From positions 4,256,001 through 4,320,000 of the forward strand of contig OZ242311.1 of NCBI GenBank assembly GCA_965207885.1: DNA of 64,000 nucleotides. The letters run 5' to 3'. A model generated the notes under the pieces. That model saw only the letters and a program-made list of their open reading frames with translations. It was not told where the DNA came from and searched no databases. Both the position numbers and the translations under genes were made by a program. This document shows, in pieces, positions 18,848-29,642 of this stretch. How positions within the stretch are numbered: position 1 is the first letter of the stretch; every line of letters starts with the position of its first letter. The stretch comes from Candidatus Latescibacterota bacterium (lineage in GTDB: Bacteria > Latescibacterota > UBA2968).

Positions 18848-19660
18848 ATGAAAATCCTCATCCTCTCTACACTCGGCGCGCTCATTCTGCTCGGTGTGGG
18901 TGTGTACATTATTTTTTATATTTCAGATCGCGACAAAATTGAAGGCAAATCCTTCTTCCGCCTTGAAAATCGCTGGCTCTATGGCTTTTTGGGCTACGCA
19001 TCTGTCATAGTTATCACTTTTCTGATCCTGATTTTGCAAACCTCACTCACGCGCCAAGGGCAAACCCTTGAAAATACCCAGGCGCGGTTTCAGCAAGAAC
19101 TCACGGCTTTTCGCGAGCGACTCGGCGACCAAACCGACCGCCTCATGTCCCAAATCAATGAAAAAGCGGAACTCACCGGATCTGAAGTCGAGGTGCGCGG
19201 CAAACTATCCAACGAAATCGACCATCATCAACGCACCCGTAAAGAGCTTGCCGCTACACGCGAACAATTGCGCCTCACACAAAGCGACTTAAATCGGGAA
19301 ACGCTCTCACACCGCGCCTATCTCGACAGCCTCAACACCGAAAGATCACTTCACGCATCAACCCAAAATCGGCTCAAGCGCGAGGAGGCACAACACGCCA
19401 AAAACCGCGAGACATTGCGAAACACCCAACAAAAACTCGACCGCGCCAACGAGCGACTAAACGTACAAAATCGCCAGATTAAAGCACTGAGAAGCGATCT
19501 CAAACGCGCACAGGACAACGCCGACAACGCACGCCAGATAGCCAGTCGCCTCTTACAACAATCCGGTGACCATCAGCGGGCACTCCTGATCCTTCAAGCC
19601 ACCGTCGATTCTCTCTTTCTAAAAGAATTTAAACGCCCCCGAGTTCCTTCAGAAAAATAG
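18848..19660 (+). CDS. Hypothetical protein with two N-terminal TM helices and a long coiled coil
   Basis: Two hydrophobic segments followed by about 190 aa of heptad-rich sequence. Confidence 0.75.
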   Translation: MKILILSTLGALILLGVGVYIIFYISDRDKIEGKSFFRLENRWLYGFLGYASVIVITFLILILQTSLTRQGQTLENTQARFQQELTAFRERLGDQTDRLMSQINEKAELTGSEVEVRGKLSNEIDHHQRTRKELAATREQLRLTQSDLNRETLSHRAYLDSLNTERSLHASTQNRLKREEAQHAKNRETLRNTQQKLDRANERLNVQNRQIKALRSDLKRAQDNADNARQIASRLLQQSGDHQRALLILQATVDSLFLKEFKRPRVPSEK

Positions 19661-19678
19661 ACGAGGAGAAAATACATC

Positions 19679-20842
19679 GTGAAACTCAAAATCCTCCTTC
19701 CCATCATTGTCCTGATCATCGGTATGCTGGGAGCTTTTGCACTTGTCAAAAACCGGGAAGTCGTCCAGCCCAAACCAACAGAAGTACCCCCACCGCTTGT
19801 GCGAGTTAAATCCGTTCATCCCACAGACTTCCAACTCATTATTCCAGCGCAAGGCACGGTTGCCCCGCGCACGCAAACCACACTCATTTCACAAGTGGCA
19901 GGCCAGATCATTGATGTATCGCCCGCATTTGCCAACGGGGGATTTTTTGAAAAAGGCGATGTCCTGCTCACAATTGATCCGCGCGATTACGCAGTCGCTG
20001 TCGCACAGGCACAGGTTCAGGTTGCACAGGCCAAATTGCGATTGGCACGCGAAGAAGAAGAAGCCGCAATTGCCCGTGACGAATGGAAACGCCTGGGCAA
20101 TGGAGATCCAACCGATCTCGTCTTGCGCAAGCCACAAATTGACGAAGCCCGTGCGACCATTGCCGCAGCCGAAGGCGCATTGATGCGCGCCAACCTCAAC
20201 CTCGAACGCACGCAAATCAGAGCACCATATCCCGGGCGCGTTCGCACCAAAAATGCCGATGTCGGACAATACGTCAACCCGGGTTCACCGCTCGGCCACA
20301 TTTACGCGATTGACTATGCCGAAGTGCGCCTGCCCGTGCCCGATGAGCAACTCGCTTACCTGGACCTGCCGTTCTCCTTCCGCAATAATCCCCATGATAA
20401 TTCAGGCCCCGATGTGCGCTTCCACGCCACATTTGCCGGACAGAAACACACCTATATGGGACGCATTGTGCGCGTTGAAGGCGAAATTGACACGCGCTCT
20501 GGCATGATCGCGCTCGTCGGGCGCGTGGATAACCCATACCGCCAGCGCGATAGCAACACGCCGCCATTAGCTGTGGGTCTGTTTGTCACTGCAGAAATCC
20601 TGGGCCAGCGCGCGGAAAACGTCGTGGTCATCCCGCGCGCTGCACTGCGCGGCAAAAATCGCGTCCTCGTGGTCACGGGCAATCGCCTCTATTATCGAAC
20701 CATCGACATCTTGCGCGCCGACGCAGAAAAAGTCGTTGTTAAAAGCGGTCTAAAATCGGGTGATCAACTCTGCCTATCGCCAATCGATACCGTCGTCGAT
20801 GGCATGCGCGTGCGCACCGTGCGCACTGGAGGTACGCAATGA
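19679..20842 (+). CDS. RND efflux periplasmic adaptor (MFP) subunit
   Basis: Lipoyl-like QVAGQI...KGDVLLTIDP and IRAPYPG...VGQYVNPG motifs. Confidence 0.9.
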   Translation: MKLKILLPIIVLIIGMLGAFALVKNREVVQPKPTEVPPPLVRVKSVHPTDFQLIIPAQGTVAPRTQTTLISQVAGQIIDVSPAFANGGFFEKGDVLLTIDPRDYAVAVAQAQVQVAQAKLRLAREEEEAAIARDEWKRLGNGDPTDLVLRKPQIDEARATIAAAEGALMRANLNLERTQIRAPYPGRVRTKNADVGQYVNPGSPLGHIYAIDYAEVRLPVPDEQLAYLDLPFSFRNNPHDNSGPDVRFHATFAGQKHTYMGRIVRVEGEIDTRSGMIALVGRVDNPYRQRDSNTPPLAVGLFVTAEILGQRAENVVVIPRAALRGKNRVLVVTGNRLYYRTIDILRADAEKVVVKSGLKSGDQLCLSPIDTVVDGMRVRTVRTGGTQ

Positions 20843-23800
20843 AAAATGCCATTGAATGGTTTGCCCGAAACAGCGTGGCGGCCAATCTGTTGATGGTATT
20901 GATCCTGGGAGGGGGCATTTTTCTCACATCCAGTATTCGCATGGAAGTCTTCCCAGAATTTTCACAGGACATGATCAATATCTCTATGATCTATCGAGGC
21001 GCTGCTCCCGAAGAAGTCGAAGAAGCCGTCTGCATACGCATCGAAGAAGCCGTAGTAGGTCTCGACGGCATCGAGCGCATCACCTCCACGGCATCGGAGA
21101 ACAGCGGTGTTGTCAACATCGAACTCGAGTCGGGTGCTGATATGCGCAAACTGCTCGACGATGTCAAAGCCCGCGTAGATGCCATCACCACTTTTCCGGT
21201 GGAAACGGAAAAACCCGTCATTCGAGAAATCACCAACCGCCGCCAGGTCATCAACGTTGCTATCTCGGGACCGACAGATGAAAAAACCCTCAAAACAATC
21301 GGTGAGCAAGTCAGAGACGACATTGCAACCATTCCCGGCATCACACAGGTCGATCTCGTCAGCACACGCCCTTACGAAATCGCCATCGAAGTTTCGGAAA
21401 ATGATCTGAGGCGTTATAACCTCACTTTTAGCGAAATTGCCATGGCCGTGAGGCATTTCTCGCTCGATCTGCCCGGCGGCGCCATTCGAACACAGGGCGG
21501 CGAAATCCTGTTGCGCACCAAAGGGCAGGCATATCGAGGCAAAGAATTTGAATCGCTCGTCTTGCGCTCTCGGCCCGATGGCACGTACCTTCGCCTGGGC
21601 GATGTCGCCACAGTCATCGACGGGTTTGCCGAAACAGACCAATCTGCTCAATTTGATGCAGAACCCACCGTGACAATCAAGGTTTATCGCGTGGGCGATC
21701 AAAATGCTCTGGACATTACCGAAAAAGTTAAAGCCTATATCAATAATACACAACAGCGCATGCCCGATGGCATCAAACTCACCGTCTGGGCAGACTTTTC
21801 TCGCATCTTAAACGACCGCCTGGAACTCATGCTGCACAATGGCCAACTGGGCTTTATCCTCGTCTTTATCGCGCTGACGATGTTTCTCCGTTTGCGACTC
21901 GCCTTCTGGGTTGCTCTGGGCATTCCCATCTCATTTCTCGGTGCAATCGGCCTGATGCCCTTCTTCGACATCTCCATCAACATGATCTCCCTTTTTGCAT
22001 TTATCGTGGTGCTCGGCATTGTCGTAGATGACGCGGTCATCGTAGGAGAAAACATCTATCGCCATTACCAAATGGGCAAACGCGGTTTGCGCGCAGCCAT
22101 TGATGGCGCGCAAGAAGTATATGTTCCCGTCATTTTTGCTATCCTCACATCTATTGCTGCCTTCTCTCCCCTGCTCACCGTTGAAGGCAGCATGGGAAAA
22201 ATCATGAGACTCATTCCCATGATTGTCATCCTCACCCTCATATTTTCACTCATCGAATCGCTCTTTATTTTACCAGCACACCTCGCGCACGCCAAAATAG
22301 ATTTAAAAAAAGACAGGGATCCCCCGCGCAAACGCGCCATTGTCACTCTGTGGCAACGCGTTCAAAATGGCGTGGCCGATGGTTTGCTCATCGCTGTTGA
22401 CCGCTATTATCGCCCCTTTCTCGAATGGGCACTTCAATGGCGGTATCTAACCCTCGCAGGGGGTGTTGCCACGCTCTTTCTCACCGTGGGCCTCGTTGGC
22501 GGCGGATGGATCAAGTTCGTCTTTTTTCCCAACGTCGAATCCGATAATATCGTAGCTATGCTCACCATGCCCCAGGGCACACCTGCCGAGGTCACTGAAA
22601 AAGCAGTGCGCCGCCTGGAGGCCTCAGCGCAGCAACTCCAACGGGAAATTGAAGGCGAGAATTCGGGTTCGGTATTTCGCCATGTTTTCGCATCTGTGGG
22701 CGAACAGCCCTATCGCGCAGCACAAGGTCCGCCCACCGGGAATGCCGCCTCATTTTCATCAGCACATCTGGGCGAAGTCTATATTGAACTCATGCCTTCG
22801 GAAAATCGCGACATCAGCAGTGAGGAAATTGCCAACCGCTGGCGCAAACTCACCGGCACTATTCCCGACGCGGTCGAACTGACCTATTCATCCTCGCTAT
22901 TTTCATCTGGAGAAGCCATCAATATCCAGTTCTCAGGCCCCGACTACGGCGAATTGCGCGAAGTCGCCGAAAAATTCAAAAGCGCGTTAAATGACTATCC
23001 CGGTGTCTTTGACATCGCCGATTCATTTCGCCCGGGGAAAGAGGAAGTGAAACTCTCCCTCACCCGACAGGCCGAAACTCTGGGTATCACATTGGCCGAC
23101 CTCGCGCGCCAGGTCAGACAGGCATTTTACGGAGAAGAAGCGCAACGCATTCAGCGCGGTCGCGACGACATCCGCGTGATGGTGCGCTATCCCGAATCAG
23201 AGCGACGATCTCTGGGCAATCTCGAAGACATGCGCATTCGCACGCCCGGCGGAGGCGAAGTGCCCTTTTCAATCGCCGCGAGTGCCGAACTCGGCCGGGG
23301 CTATGCATCCATCCGGCGCGCCGACCGCCAGAGAGTTATCAACGTTACTTCCGATGTCGATATAAGCATCGCCAATGCAAATGAAATCATCGCCGATTTC
23401 ACCCGCACTGTCTTGCCTCAAATACTGGCAGATCATCCCCGCGTGCGCTACGATTTTGAAGGCCAGCAAAGAGAGCAGACCGAAATGCTACAGGGACTGG
23501 GCAATAGCTTTGTTATCGCCTTGCTCATCATTTATATTTTGCTCGCCATTCCCTTCAAATCCTATGTCCAACCCCTCATTGTGATGGGGGCCATCCCATT
23601 TGGAATCGTCGGCGCGGTCTGGGGGCATGTCGCTCTTGGATTTAATCTCTCTATTCTCTCCGTATTTGGCATCGTTGCACTTACAGGCATCGTCGTCAAT
23701 GACAGTCTGGTCATGGTCGATTTTATCAACAAACAACGCGAAAAAGGCCACCCACTTTCCGACGCCCTCCGCGAAGCCGGTGCCGTGCGTTTCCGCCCCA

Positions 23801-24048
23801 TACTCTTGACCTCGGTCACGACATTTCTCGGCCTCACGCCCCTGCTATTGGAAAAAAGCCTTCAGGCGCAATTCCTGGTGCCAATGGCCATATCCCTCGG
23901 CTTTGGCGTTCTCTTTGCTACTGTAATAACCCTCTTGCTCGTTCCCATCAGCTACAATATTCTCGAAGACCTCATCAACGCCTTCTACCGCCTCATCGGG
24001 CGCGAACGCCGCGCATTCCGATCAGAACTGAATCGCGCAGCAGATTAA
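20839..24048 (+). CDS. RND efflux permease (AcrB/AcrD/AcrF family)
   Basis: 1069 aa; GIVVDDAVIVGENI and RFRPILLTS motifs. Confidence 0.93.
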   Translation: MKNAIEWFARNSVAANLLMVLILGGGIFLTSSIRMEVFPEFSQDMINISMIYRGAAPEEVEEAVCIRIEEAVVGLDGIERITSTASENSGVVNIELESGADMRKLLDDVKARVDAITTFPVETEKPVIREITNRRQVINVAISGPTDEKTLKTIGEQVRDDIATIPGITQVDLVSTRPYEIAIEVSENDLRRYNLTFSEIAMAVRHFSLDLPGGAIRTQGGEILLRTKGQAYRGKEFESLVLRSRPDGTYLRLGDVATVIDGFAETDQSAQFDAEPTVTIKVYRVGDQNALDITEKVKAYINNTQQRMPDGIKLTVWADFSRILNDRLELMLHNGQLGFILVFIALTMFLRLRLAFWVALGIPISFLGAIGLMPFFDISINMISLFAFIVVLGIVVDDAVIVGENIYRHYQMGKRGLRAAIDGAQEVYVPVIFAILTSIAAFSPLLTVEGSMGKIMRLIPMIVILTLIFSLIESLFILPAHLAHAKIDLKKDRDPPRKRAIVTLWQRVQNGVADGLLIAVDRYYRPFLEWALQWRYLTLAGGVATLFLTVGLVGGGWIKFVFFPNVESDNIVAMLTMPQGTPAEVTEKAVRRLEASAQQLQREIEGENSGSVFRHVFASVGEQPYRAAQGPPTGNAASFSSAHLGEVYIELMPSENRDISSEEIANRWRKLTGTIPDAVELTYSSSLFSSGEAINIQFSGPDYGELREVAEKFKSALNDYPGVFDIADSFRPGKEEVKLSLTRQAETLGITLADLARQVRQAFYGEEAQRIQRGRDDIRVMVRYPESERRSLGNLEDMRIRTPGGGEVPFSIAASAELGRGYASIRRADRQRVINVTSDVDISIANANEIIADFTRTVLPQILADHPRVRYDFEGQQREQTEMLQGLGNSFVIALLIIYILLAIPFKSYVQPLIVMGAIPFGIVGAVWGHVALGFNLSILSVFGIVALTGIVVNDSLVMVDFINKQREKGHPLSDALREAGAVRFRPILLTSVTTFLGLTPLLLEKSLQAQFLVPMAISLGFGVLFATVITLLLVPISYNILEDLINAFYRLIGRERRAFRSELNRAAD

Positions 24049-24073
24049 TCGCACGTGGTTTTCTCGCAATTAC

Positions 24074-24106
24074 AAAGGCCGATTGCTTTTGCAACCGGCC
24101 TTTTTT
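24074..24106 (+). terminator. Intrinsic terminator
   Basis: AAAGGCCGATTGC-tttt-GCAACCGGCC followed by a T run. Confidence 0.75.
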
Positions 24107-24197
24107 GCTCGCTATTGACAAGCTTTGTCGATGCGTGTACATTGCGCTCACGACTTATAACGCACGCCAGCATGTCTCAAAACTGAAAGGATAACCA

Positions 24198-25571
24198 ATG
24201 GCTCCCAACATCATCTTTATCCTTACCGATGATCAAGGACCCTGGGCTGCCGGATGTTATGGCAATCCAGAAATTCGCACTCCCAATCTCGACCGCATTG
24301 CCGCCACGGGTATTCGCTTCGACAATTTCTTTGTCACCATCCCCGTGTGTTCGCCCAGCCGCGCCTCTTTTCTCACCGGTCGCATACCCTCACAACACGG
24401 CGTACACGACTGGATCCGCGAGGGCAACACCGGTCCCGATGCGGCTTCTTATCTCCAGGACGAAATCTGCTATACCGATATCCTATCCGAACACGGCTGG
24501 ACATGTGGATTATCGGGCAAATGGCACCTGGGCAATAGCACCTTGCCGCAGCACGGCTTCTCGCACTGGTTTGCCCATGAAAAAGGCGGTGGTCCCTACA
24601 ACGACGCCACACTGGTACGCAACGGCGAACTCATCACCGTACCGGGTTATGTGACCACCGCCATCACAGACGACGCCCTCGCATTCATCGACAACCACGC
24701 CAATGACGACAATCCCTTTTATCTCAGCGTTCACTACACAGCGCCCCACAGCCCCTGGACTGGACATCCCCAGGATATTGTCGATTCCTACGACGACTGC
24801 CCATTCGAATCCTGCCCACAAGAAGATCCACACCCCTGGGCGGGAGGCTTGAGCAATAATTTGGGCAACCGCGAGAGTCTCAAAGGTTATTTTGCCGCTG
24901 TCACCGCAATGGATTATGACGTGGGACGCATCCTCGATAAAATTGAGGACAAAGGGATTCGCGACAACACCCTTGTTGTCTTCACCTCTGACAATGGTTT
25001 TTCCTGTGGTCATCATGGTTTTTGGGGCAAAGGCAATGGCACGCGCCCCTTAAATATGTATGAAAACTCCATCAAAGTGCCTTTCTTGGCCAGTCATCCC
25101 GGCGTCATCCCCGAAGGCAGTGTACAGCCCGCAATGGCTTCGGGATACGATTTTATGCCCACCCTCCTCGACTATCTCAACTTGCCCTTACCCGAAGATC
25201 GCAACTACCCCGGTCGATCCTTCCTCGCCGCCCTCAAAGACGAAGAAGATCCCGGACGCGACAATGTCGTTATCTACGACGAATACGGCACGACGCGCAT
25301 GATTCGCACGGTCGAGTGGAAATACGTACATCGCTATCCCGATGGCCCCAACGAACTCTACGACCTGCAAAACGATCCCGACGAGCGCGACAACCTCGTT
25401 GACGACAATGCGCAGACCAATCGCATCAGAACGATGAAAACGCAGATGGAAACGTGGTTTGCAACCTATAGCGTCCCCGACAAAGACGGGCGCGATTATA
25501 ATGTCACAGGTAGCGGTCAACTCCGCCCCGTAGGCCAAAAATGGGAAGACGACCGCAAACCCTTTGCATAA
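24198..25571 (+). CDS. Cys-type sulfatase
   Basis: PNIIFILTDDQG, CSPSRASFLTG, GKWHLG and FTSDNG motifs. Confidence 0.93.
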   Translation: MAPNIIFILTDDQGPWAAGCYGNPEIRTPNLDRIAATGIRFDNFFVTIPVCSPSRASFLTGRIPSQHGVHDWIREGNTGPDAASYLQDEICYTDILSEHGWTCGLSGKWHLGNSTLPQHGFSHWFAHEKGGGPYNDATLVRNGELITVPGYVTTAITDDALAFIDNHANDDNPFYLSVHYTAPHSPWTGHPQDIVDSYDDCPFESCPQEDPHPWAGGLSNNLGNRESLKGYFAAVTAMDYDVGRILDKIEDKGIRDNTLVVFTSDNGFSCGHHGFWGKGNGTRPLNMYENSIKVPFLASHPGVIPEGSVQPAMASGYDFMPTLLDYLNLPLPEDRNYPGRSFLAALKDEEDPGRDNVVIYDEYGTTRMIRTVEWKYVHRYPDGPNELYDLQNDPDERDNLVDDNAQTNRIRTMKTQMETWFATYSVPDKDGRDYNVTGSGQLRPVGQKWEDDRKPFA

Positions 25572-25595
25572 AGGTTTTCTATCAAGGAGGTACTG

Positions 25596-26480
25596 GTGAA
25601 AACGGGTGTGTGCAGTTACTGTTTCAATTCGATGCTGACCGAGGGTAAGATCTCTTTGATGGAGGCGATCGAATTCGTAGGAAAGGAGACTGAGGCCGAC
25701 TGCTTCGAGCCCTACTCCCCATACTGGCGTCCTGATCGAGACGTGCAAGAACAGGCGCGCGAGGCCCGGAAACTGATGGACCGGGTGGGCCTACAGGCCT
25801 CGTGCCATGCCCTGGCGACCGATTTCGCCGTCTATGACGAAGGTGAAAATCGCGCCTGCCTGGACTGGTGTGAGAAGATGCTCCAGGTCGCCGTGATCCT
25901 CGGAGCCGATACGGTCCGAGTCGATCCCCGCACCGCCCCACCTCCCGGCAGATCCCGCGACGATATCGATCCCGAAGACGCCCTCGTCCGAGTTGCCCAA
26001 AGCATGCAGACCGTCGCCGACATCGCTATCGAAAAAGACTTGAAAGTCGGCGTTGAGAACCACGGGCTGCTGCTCGGACGCACGTCGCAGACCGCGCGCA
26101 TCGTCGAGCGGGTCGATCGCCCCAACTTCGGCGTGAACCTCGACTTCACCAATTTCCGCACGGTCTTCGGAGAAGACCACGTTGAGGCGACCCGGCTTCT
26201 CGCCAGACATGTCGTCCACATTCACGCCAAGGACTTCCACATTCGGCAGGATCCCCAACTTGGGGAGGAGTGGCGCAAAATCCCCTCGGGCGAATACGTC
26301 AAGCGCGCGGTCGGCGGCGAGGGGAACTCGAGTTGGGCCGAGATCTTTCGCATCCTCAAAGATGTGGGCTACAAGGGCACTATCTGCCTCGAGGTCTCAG
26401 ATCCAGCGGACATCCGGGGCAGTGTCGCCAAAGGAGCGGCCAATTTGAAGCGTATCATCTCGGAGGTGGAGCAGTTGTAA
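25596..26480 (+). CDS. Sugar phosphate isomerase/epimerase (AP endonuclease 2 TIM barrel)
   Basis: VENH, NLDFTNF, HIHAKD and GYKGTICLE motifs; SD AAGGAGG. Confidence 0.88.
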   Translation: MKTGVCSYCFNSMLTEGKISLMEAIEFVGKETEADCFEPYSPYWRPDRDVQEQAREARKLMDRVGLQASCHALATDFAVYDEGENRACLDWCEKMLQVAVILGADTVRVDPRTAPPPGRSRDDIDPEDALVRVAQSMQTVADIAIEKDLKVGVENHGLLLGRTSQTARIVERVDRPNFGVNLDFTNFRTVFGEDHVEATRLLARHVVHIHAKDFHIRQDPQLGEEWRKIPSGEYVKRAVGGEGNSSWAEIFRILKDVGYKGTICLEVSDPADIRGSVAKGAANLKRIISEVEQL

Positions 26481-26527
26481 TGCCAGAGCCAGGACGTGGA
26501 TGGAAGCCACGGCAACCGCTACCGCCT

Positions 26528-26620
26528 CGACAAAGACAGACGCGATTACGTCGTCACAGGTAGCGGTCAACTCTGCCCTGTCGGCCGAAACTGGGAAGAC
26601 GACGCAAGCCCTTTGCGTAA
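26528..26620 (+). repeat. Degenerate copy of the 3' end of the sulfatase gene (25478-25571)
   Basis: cgacaaagac...gtcacaggtagcggtcaactc...tgggaagacgac...ccctttgc.taa is present at both places. Confidence 0.85.
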
Positions 26621-26697
26621 GAGACCTGTAAGAGAGGCATCTCTGCCTCGACTATTGCAATCGGTACTTGTCTTTAACGTACGGGATGACCAGAAGG

Positions 26698-29091
26698 ATG
26701 TTCAAAAGCTATCTAAAAACAGCGGTTCGCAACCTCGCCAGACATCGCGTATACTCGGCGATCAACATCATTGGCATGTCTATCGCCCTCGCCTTTTGCA
26801 TCCTCACCTTCCTATTTGTTCACCGCGAATGGACTTATGATGCCTTTCACGAAAATGCCGACCGCATATATCGGATTACAGTACAGCACAAAAGTCCTTT
26901 TTATGATGGTGTGATGGTTGAGGTGTCACCCTTTCTCGGGCCTGCAATCAGCGAAGCATTCCCCAACATACAGACTGTTCGTTTCCAAAATGACTCAGGA
27001 AAAATCGGCACCGAAGATCGCGTTTTTCACGATCAGTTTTACAATCTATTCGGTTTTGTTGATCCCAACTTCTTCGAAGTTTTTTCTTTTCCGATCATTC
27101 ATGGCGATCCTACTCGCGTCCTTCGAGACAAGTATTCCGCGGTCATAACAGAGCGCACCGCGCAGCAGTATTTCAACAAGCCCGACCCGGTTGGGGAACT
27201 GCTGTCCATTCAGTACGAAGAGCAAATTCAAAATTACACCATCACAGGCATTGTGAAAAATGTGCCCAAAAACTCCATGCTTAAATTTGAAGTGCTACTG
27301 CCTTATGAACAATATGAGCAATTTGTGCGTGAACGCGACTACTCTGGCTCAGTGGGTACTTATATCATGCTCCCTCCGAATGTAAAACCAAATAGTCTCG
27401 AACAACAATCTTCCAGGTGGACCAATATCTGGTGGGACAAAGATACCAAAATCCGGCGAAGCAAAGACAGAGATATACAACTCAAACTCCTGCCCATCAC
27501 CCAAATGCACTTCGATCAAAACTTACGGGGATACCTCGGTAGCAGTAATCCAGTCTATTCATACATTCTGTCGGGTATTGCAATCCTGGTGCTATTTATC
27601 GCCTGTGTCAACTTCACAACCTTAACCATCGGACGACAGGCAACGCGGGCGCGAGAAGTCGGCTTGCGAAAAGTCGTTGGAGCCGGACGCATGCAGATCG
27701 CAAAACAATTTATCGGAGAATCGCTCTTACTCATTGTCATAGCACTAACTACTGGTATTGCCATAGCAGTACTCGCGTTGCCAATATTCAATAACTTAGT
27801 CGGTCAAAACTTCGTTGAAGCTTTGACCTTAAGCGATGGTCTCAATTTCACAACCCTTGCGTTTCTCATTTTGCTGATCAGTCTCATTGGCATCACAGCA
27901 GGGGGTTATCCCGCCCTTGTGCTATCCCGATTGCAGCCAACCCAAATCATAACGAGCAGGTTGCAAATTAAAACGGGCAATCGTTTTGGCAGCGTATTGG
28001 TCATTTTTCAGTTTGCCCTTTCTATCTTTTTTATCATCGTCACCCTGATGATGGGCAAACAACTCATGTTTTTGCGAACCAAACCCCTGGGATATCAAAT
28101 CGAAAACATCGTCTCCATTGATACTTTTGAACTGGCAGAAGAAAGCAAAACCCTGCCAAACGTTTTTCGGGATGCCCTGCGGTCTTACCCCGCCGTGATC
28201 AGTACGACCTGGTTTGATGCTATGGGCATGGGTGGAATGTCTTTCGCCTGGATGTTTGTAACATATCAGGGAAGTCCAAAGCAAGATGTTGCACTCTTTT
28301 CTATTGATTACGATTTGTTCAAAACACTCGGCATGAAACTCGTTGCAGGTCGAGAATTTTCTGAAGAATTTGCCACCGATAACAAAAAATCGATCATTGT
28401 CAATGAGACACTGGTCAAAAAATTTGGTATAGAAGATCCCATCGGCAAAACATTTAATTACCGTACCATCATCGGCGTTATTCGCGATTTCCATTTTCGC
28501 TCTTTGCATCATAAAGTTGAACCCGCTATTATGTCCCTCGGTACCGGTACACGGCATTCTCGCTTATTGATCCGCATCCACCCCGAAAATGTGCCGGGTA
28601 CCATGGCGTTTATCAAAAAACAATGGGAAAAAGTCGCCCCTGATCACGCATTCGAATTTTCATTTCTCGATGAAGAGTTGGAGGAACAGTACCAGAAGAC
28701 AGAACGCTGGACTTACATCATTCAATACGCGACGGGGTTTGCCATCTTCATCGCTGGACTCGGTGCGTTTGGTCTGGCTACACTAACTGTCGCGCGACGC
28801 ACCAAAGAAATTGGCATTCGCAAAGTACTGGGCGCATCCCAGGCGCAAATTTTGTCTCTACTCTCGCGAGAATTTGTCCTCTACATCGCCCTTGCAAGCC
28901 TCATAGCGTTTCCTATCGCCTATTACGCGATAAATCAATGGCTGCAAACATTCCCCTACCGCATTGAGTTGGGTTTGGTTACATTTCTACTCGGTAGTTT
29001 TGTTATGTTTATAGTGGTTGTTACAACGATTGCCACCCAGGTCCTCAAAGCGATACGCGCAAACCTGGTCGAAGCCTTGCGATATGAATAG
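26698..29091 (+). CDS. ABC transporter permease, MacB/FtsX family (duplicated domains)
   Basis: IACVNF...RAREVGLRKVVGA and RTKEIGIRKVLGA motifs; ends VEALRYE. Confidence 0.9.
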   Translation: MFKSYLKTAVRNLARHRVYSAINIIGMSIALAFCILTFLFVHREWTYDAFHENADRIYRITVQHKSPFYDGVMVEVSPFLGPAISEAFPNIQTVRFQNDSGKIGTEDRVFHDQFYNLFGFVDPNFFEVFSFPIIHGDPTRVLRDKYSAVITERTAQQYFNKPDPVGELLSIQYEEQIQNYTITGIVKNVPKNSMLKFEVLLPYEQYEQFVRERDYSGSVGTYIMLPPNVKPNSLEQQSSRWTNIWWDKDTKIRRSKDRDIQLKLLPITQMHFDQNLRGYLGSSNPVYSYILSGIAILVLFIACVNFTTLTIGRQATRAREVGLRKVVGAGRMQIAKQFIGESLLLIVIALTTGIAIAVLALPIFNNLVGQNFVEALTLSDGLNFTTLAFLILLISLIGITAGGYPALVLSRLQPTQIITSRLQIKTGNRFGSVLVIFQFALSIFFIIVTLMMGKQLMFLRTKPLGYQIENIVSIDTFELAEESKTLPNVFRDALRSYPAVISTTWFDAMGMGGMSFAWMFVTYQGSPKQDVALFSIDYDLFKTLGMKLVAGREFSEEFATDNKKSIIVNETLVKKFGIEDPIGKTFNYRTIIGVIRDFHFRSLHHKVEPAIMSLGTGTRHSRLLIRIHPENVPGTMAFIKKQWEKVAPDHAFEFSFLDEELEEQYQKTERWTYIIQYATGFAIFIAGLGAFGLATLTVARRTKEIGIRKVLGASQAQILSLLSREFVLYIALASLIAFPIAYYAINQWLQTFPYRIELGLVTFLLGSFVMFIVVVTTIATQVLKAIRANLVEALRYE

Positions 29092-29098
29092 AGGATCA

Positions 29099-29347
29099 AT
29101 GAATTGGCCAATGTGGTGGGATTGGGAACTGGAAATAACACCGCATGTTGAAACGCGAATGGAAGAAAGAGATTTCACTGAAATCGATCTGAGAACCATG
29201 CTAGATCGCGCTGATGCTTTTGAACCAGATGAAATTGAAGGACGGTATATGATTCAAACGCGACATCGTCGAGACGATTGGATAATTATTGTTGAACCAG
29301 ATGAAGAAGATCACTTATTGGTGGTTATAACCGCTTTTCGCATATAA
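29099..29347 (+). CDS. DUF4258-type (RelE-like) toxin
   Basis: TPHVETRMEER...WIIIVEPD...VVITAF; paired with a DUF2283-type gene. Confidence 0.7.
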   Translation: MNWPMWWDWELEITPHVETRMEERDFTEIDLRTMLDRADAFEPDEIEGRYMIQTRHRRDDWIIIVEPDEEDHLLVVITAFRI

Positions 29348-29355
29348 GGTACCCG

Positions 29356-29625
29356 ATGAAAACTCGATATTTGGAAGTGACATTTCGCAAGGGTAAACCG
29401 CTCGCAGCCTATTTGTATTTGCCGAGAGAGCCCGGTGCTAAGAGTGCCAGAACAGAACTTATGGGGTCTGGCTTGCTGGTGGATTATCAGGCCGATGGTC
29501 GTCCGATTGGCTTAGAGATCACAGCACCTGACAAAGTCACATTGGATCAGATCAACGGTATTCTCAAGCGATTAAATTTACCCTTACTGGACCCCCAAGA
29601 ATTGGCCCCCTTACAAGCAGCATAA
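29356..29625 (+). CDS. DUF2283-type antitoxin partner
   Basis: AAYLYL...LLVDYQADGRPIGLEI. Confidence 0.75.
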   Translation: MKTRYLEVTFRKGKPLAAYLYLPREPGAKSARTELMGSGLLVDYQADGRPIGLEITAPDKVTLDQINGILKRLNLPLLDPQELAPLQAA

Positions 29626-29642
29626 GACATTGGAGGACGGAT

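Noticed and set aside
26496-26840. 114-aa ORF
   Set aside because: Consists of the duplicated sulfatase tail plus out-of-frame overlap with the ABC permease.
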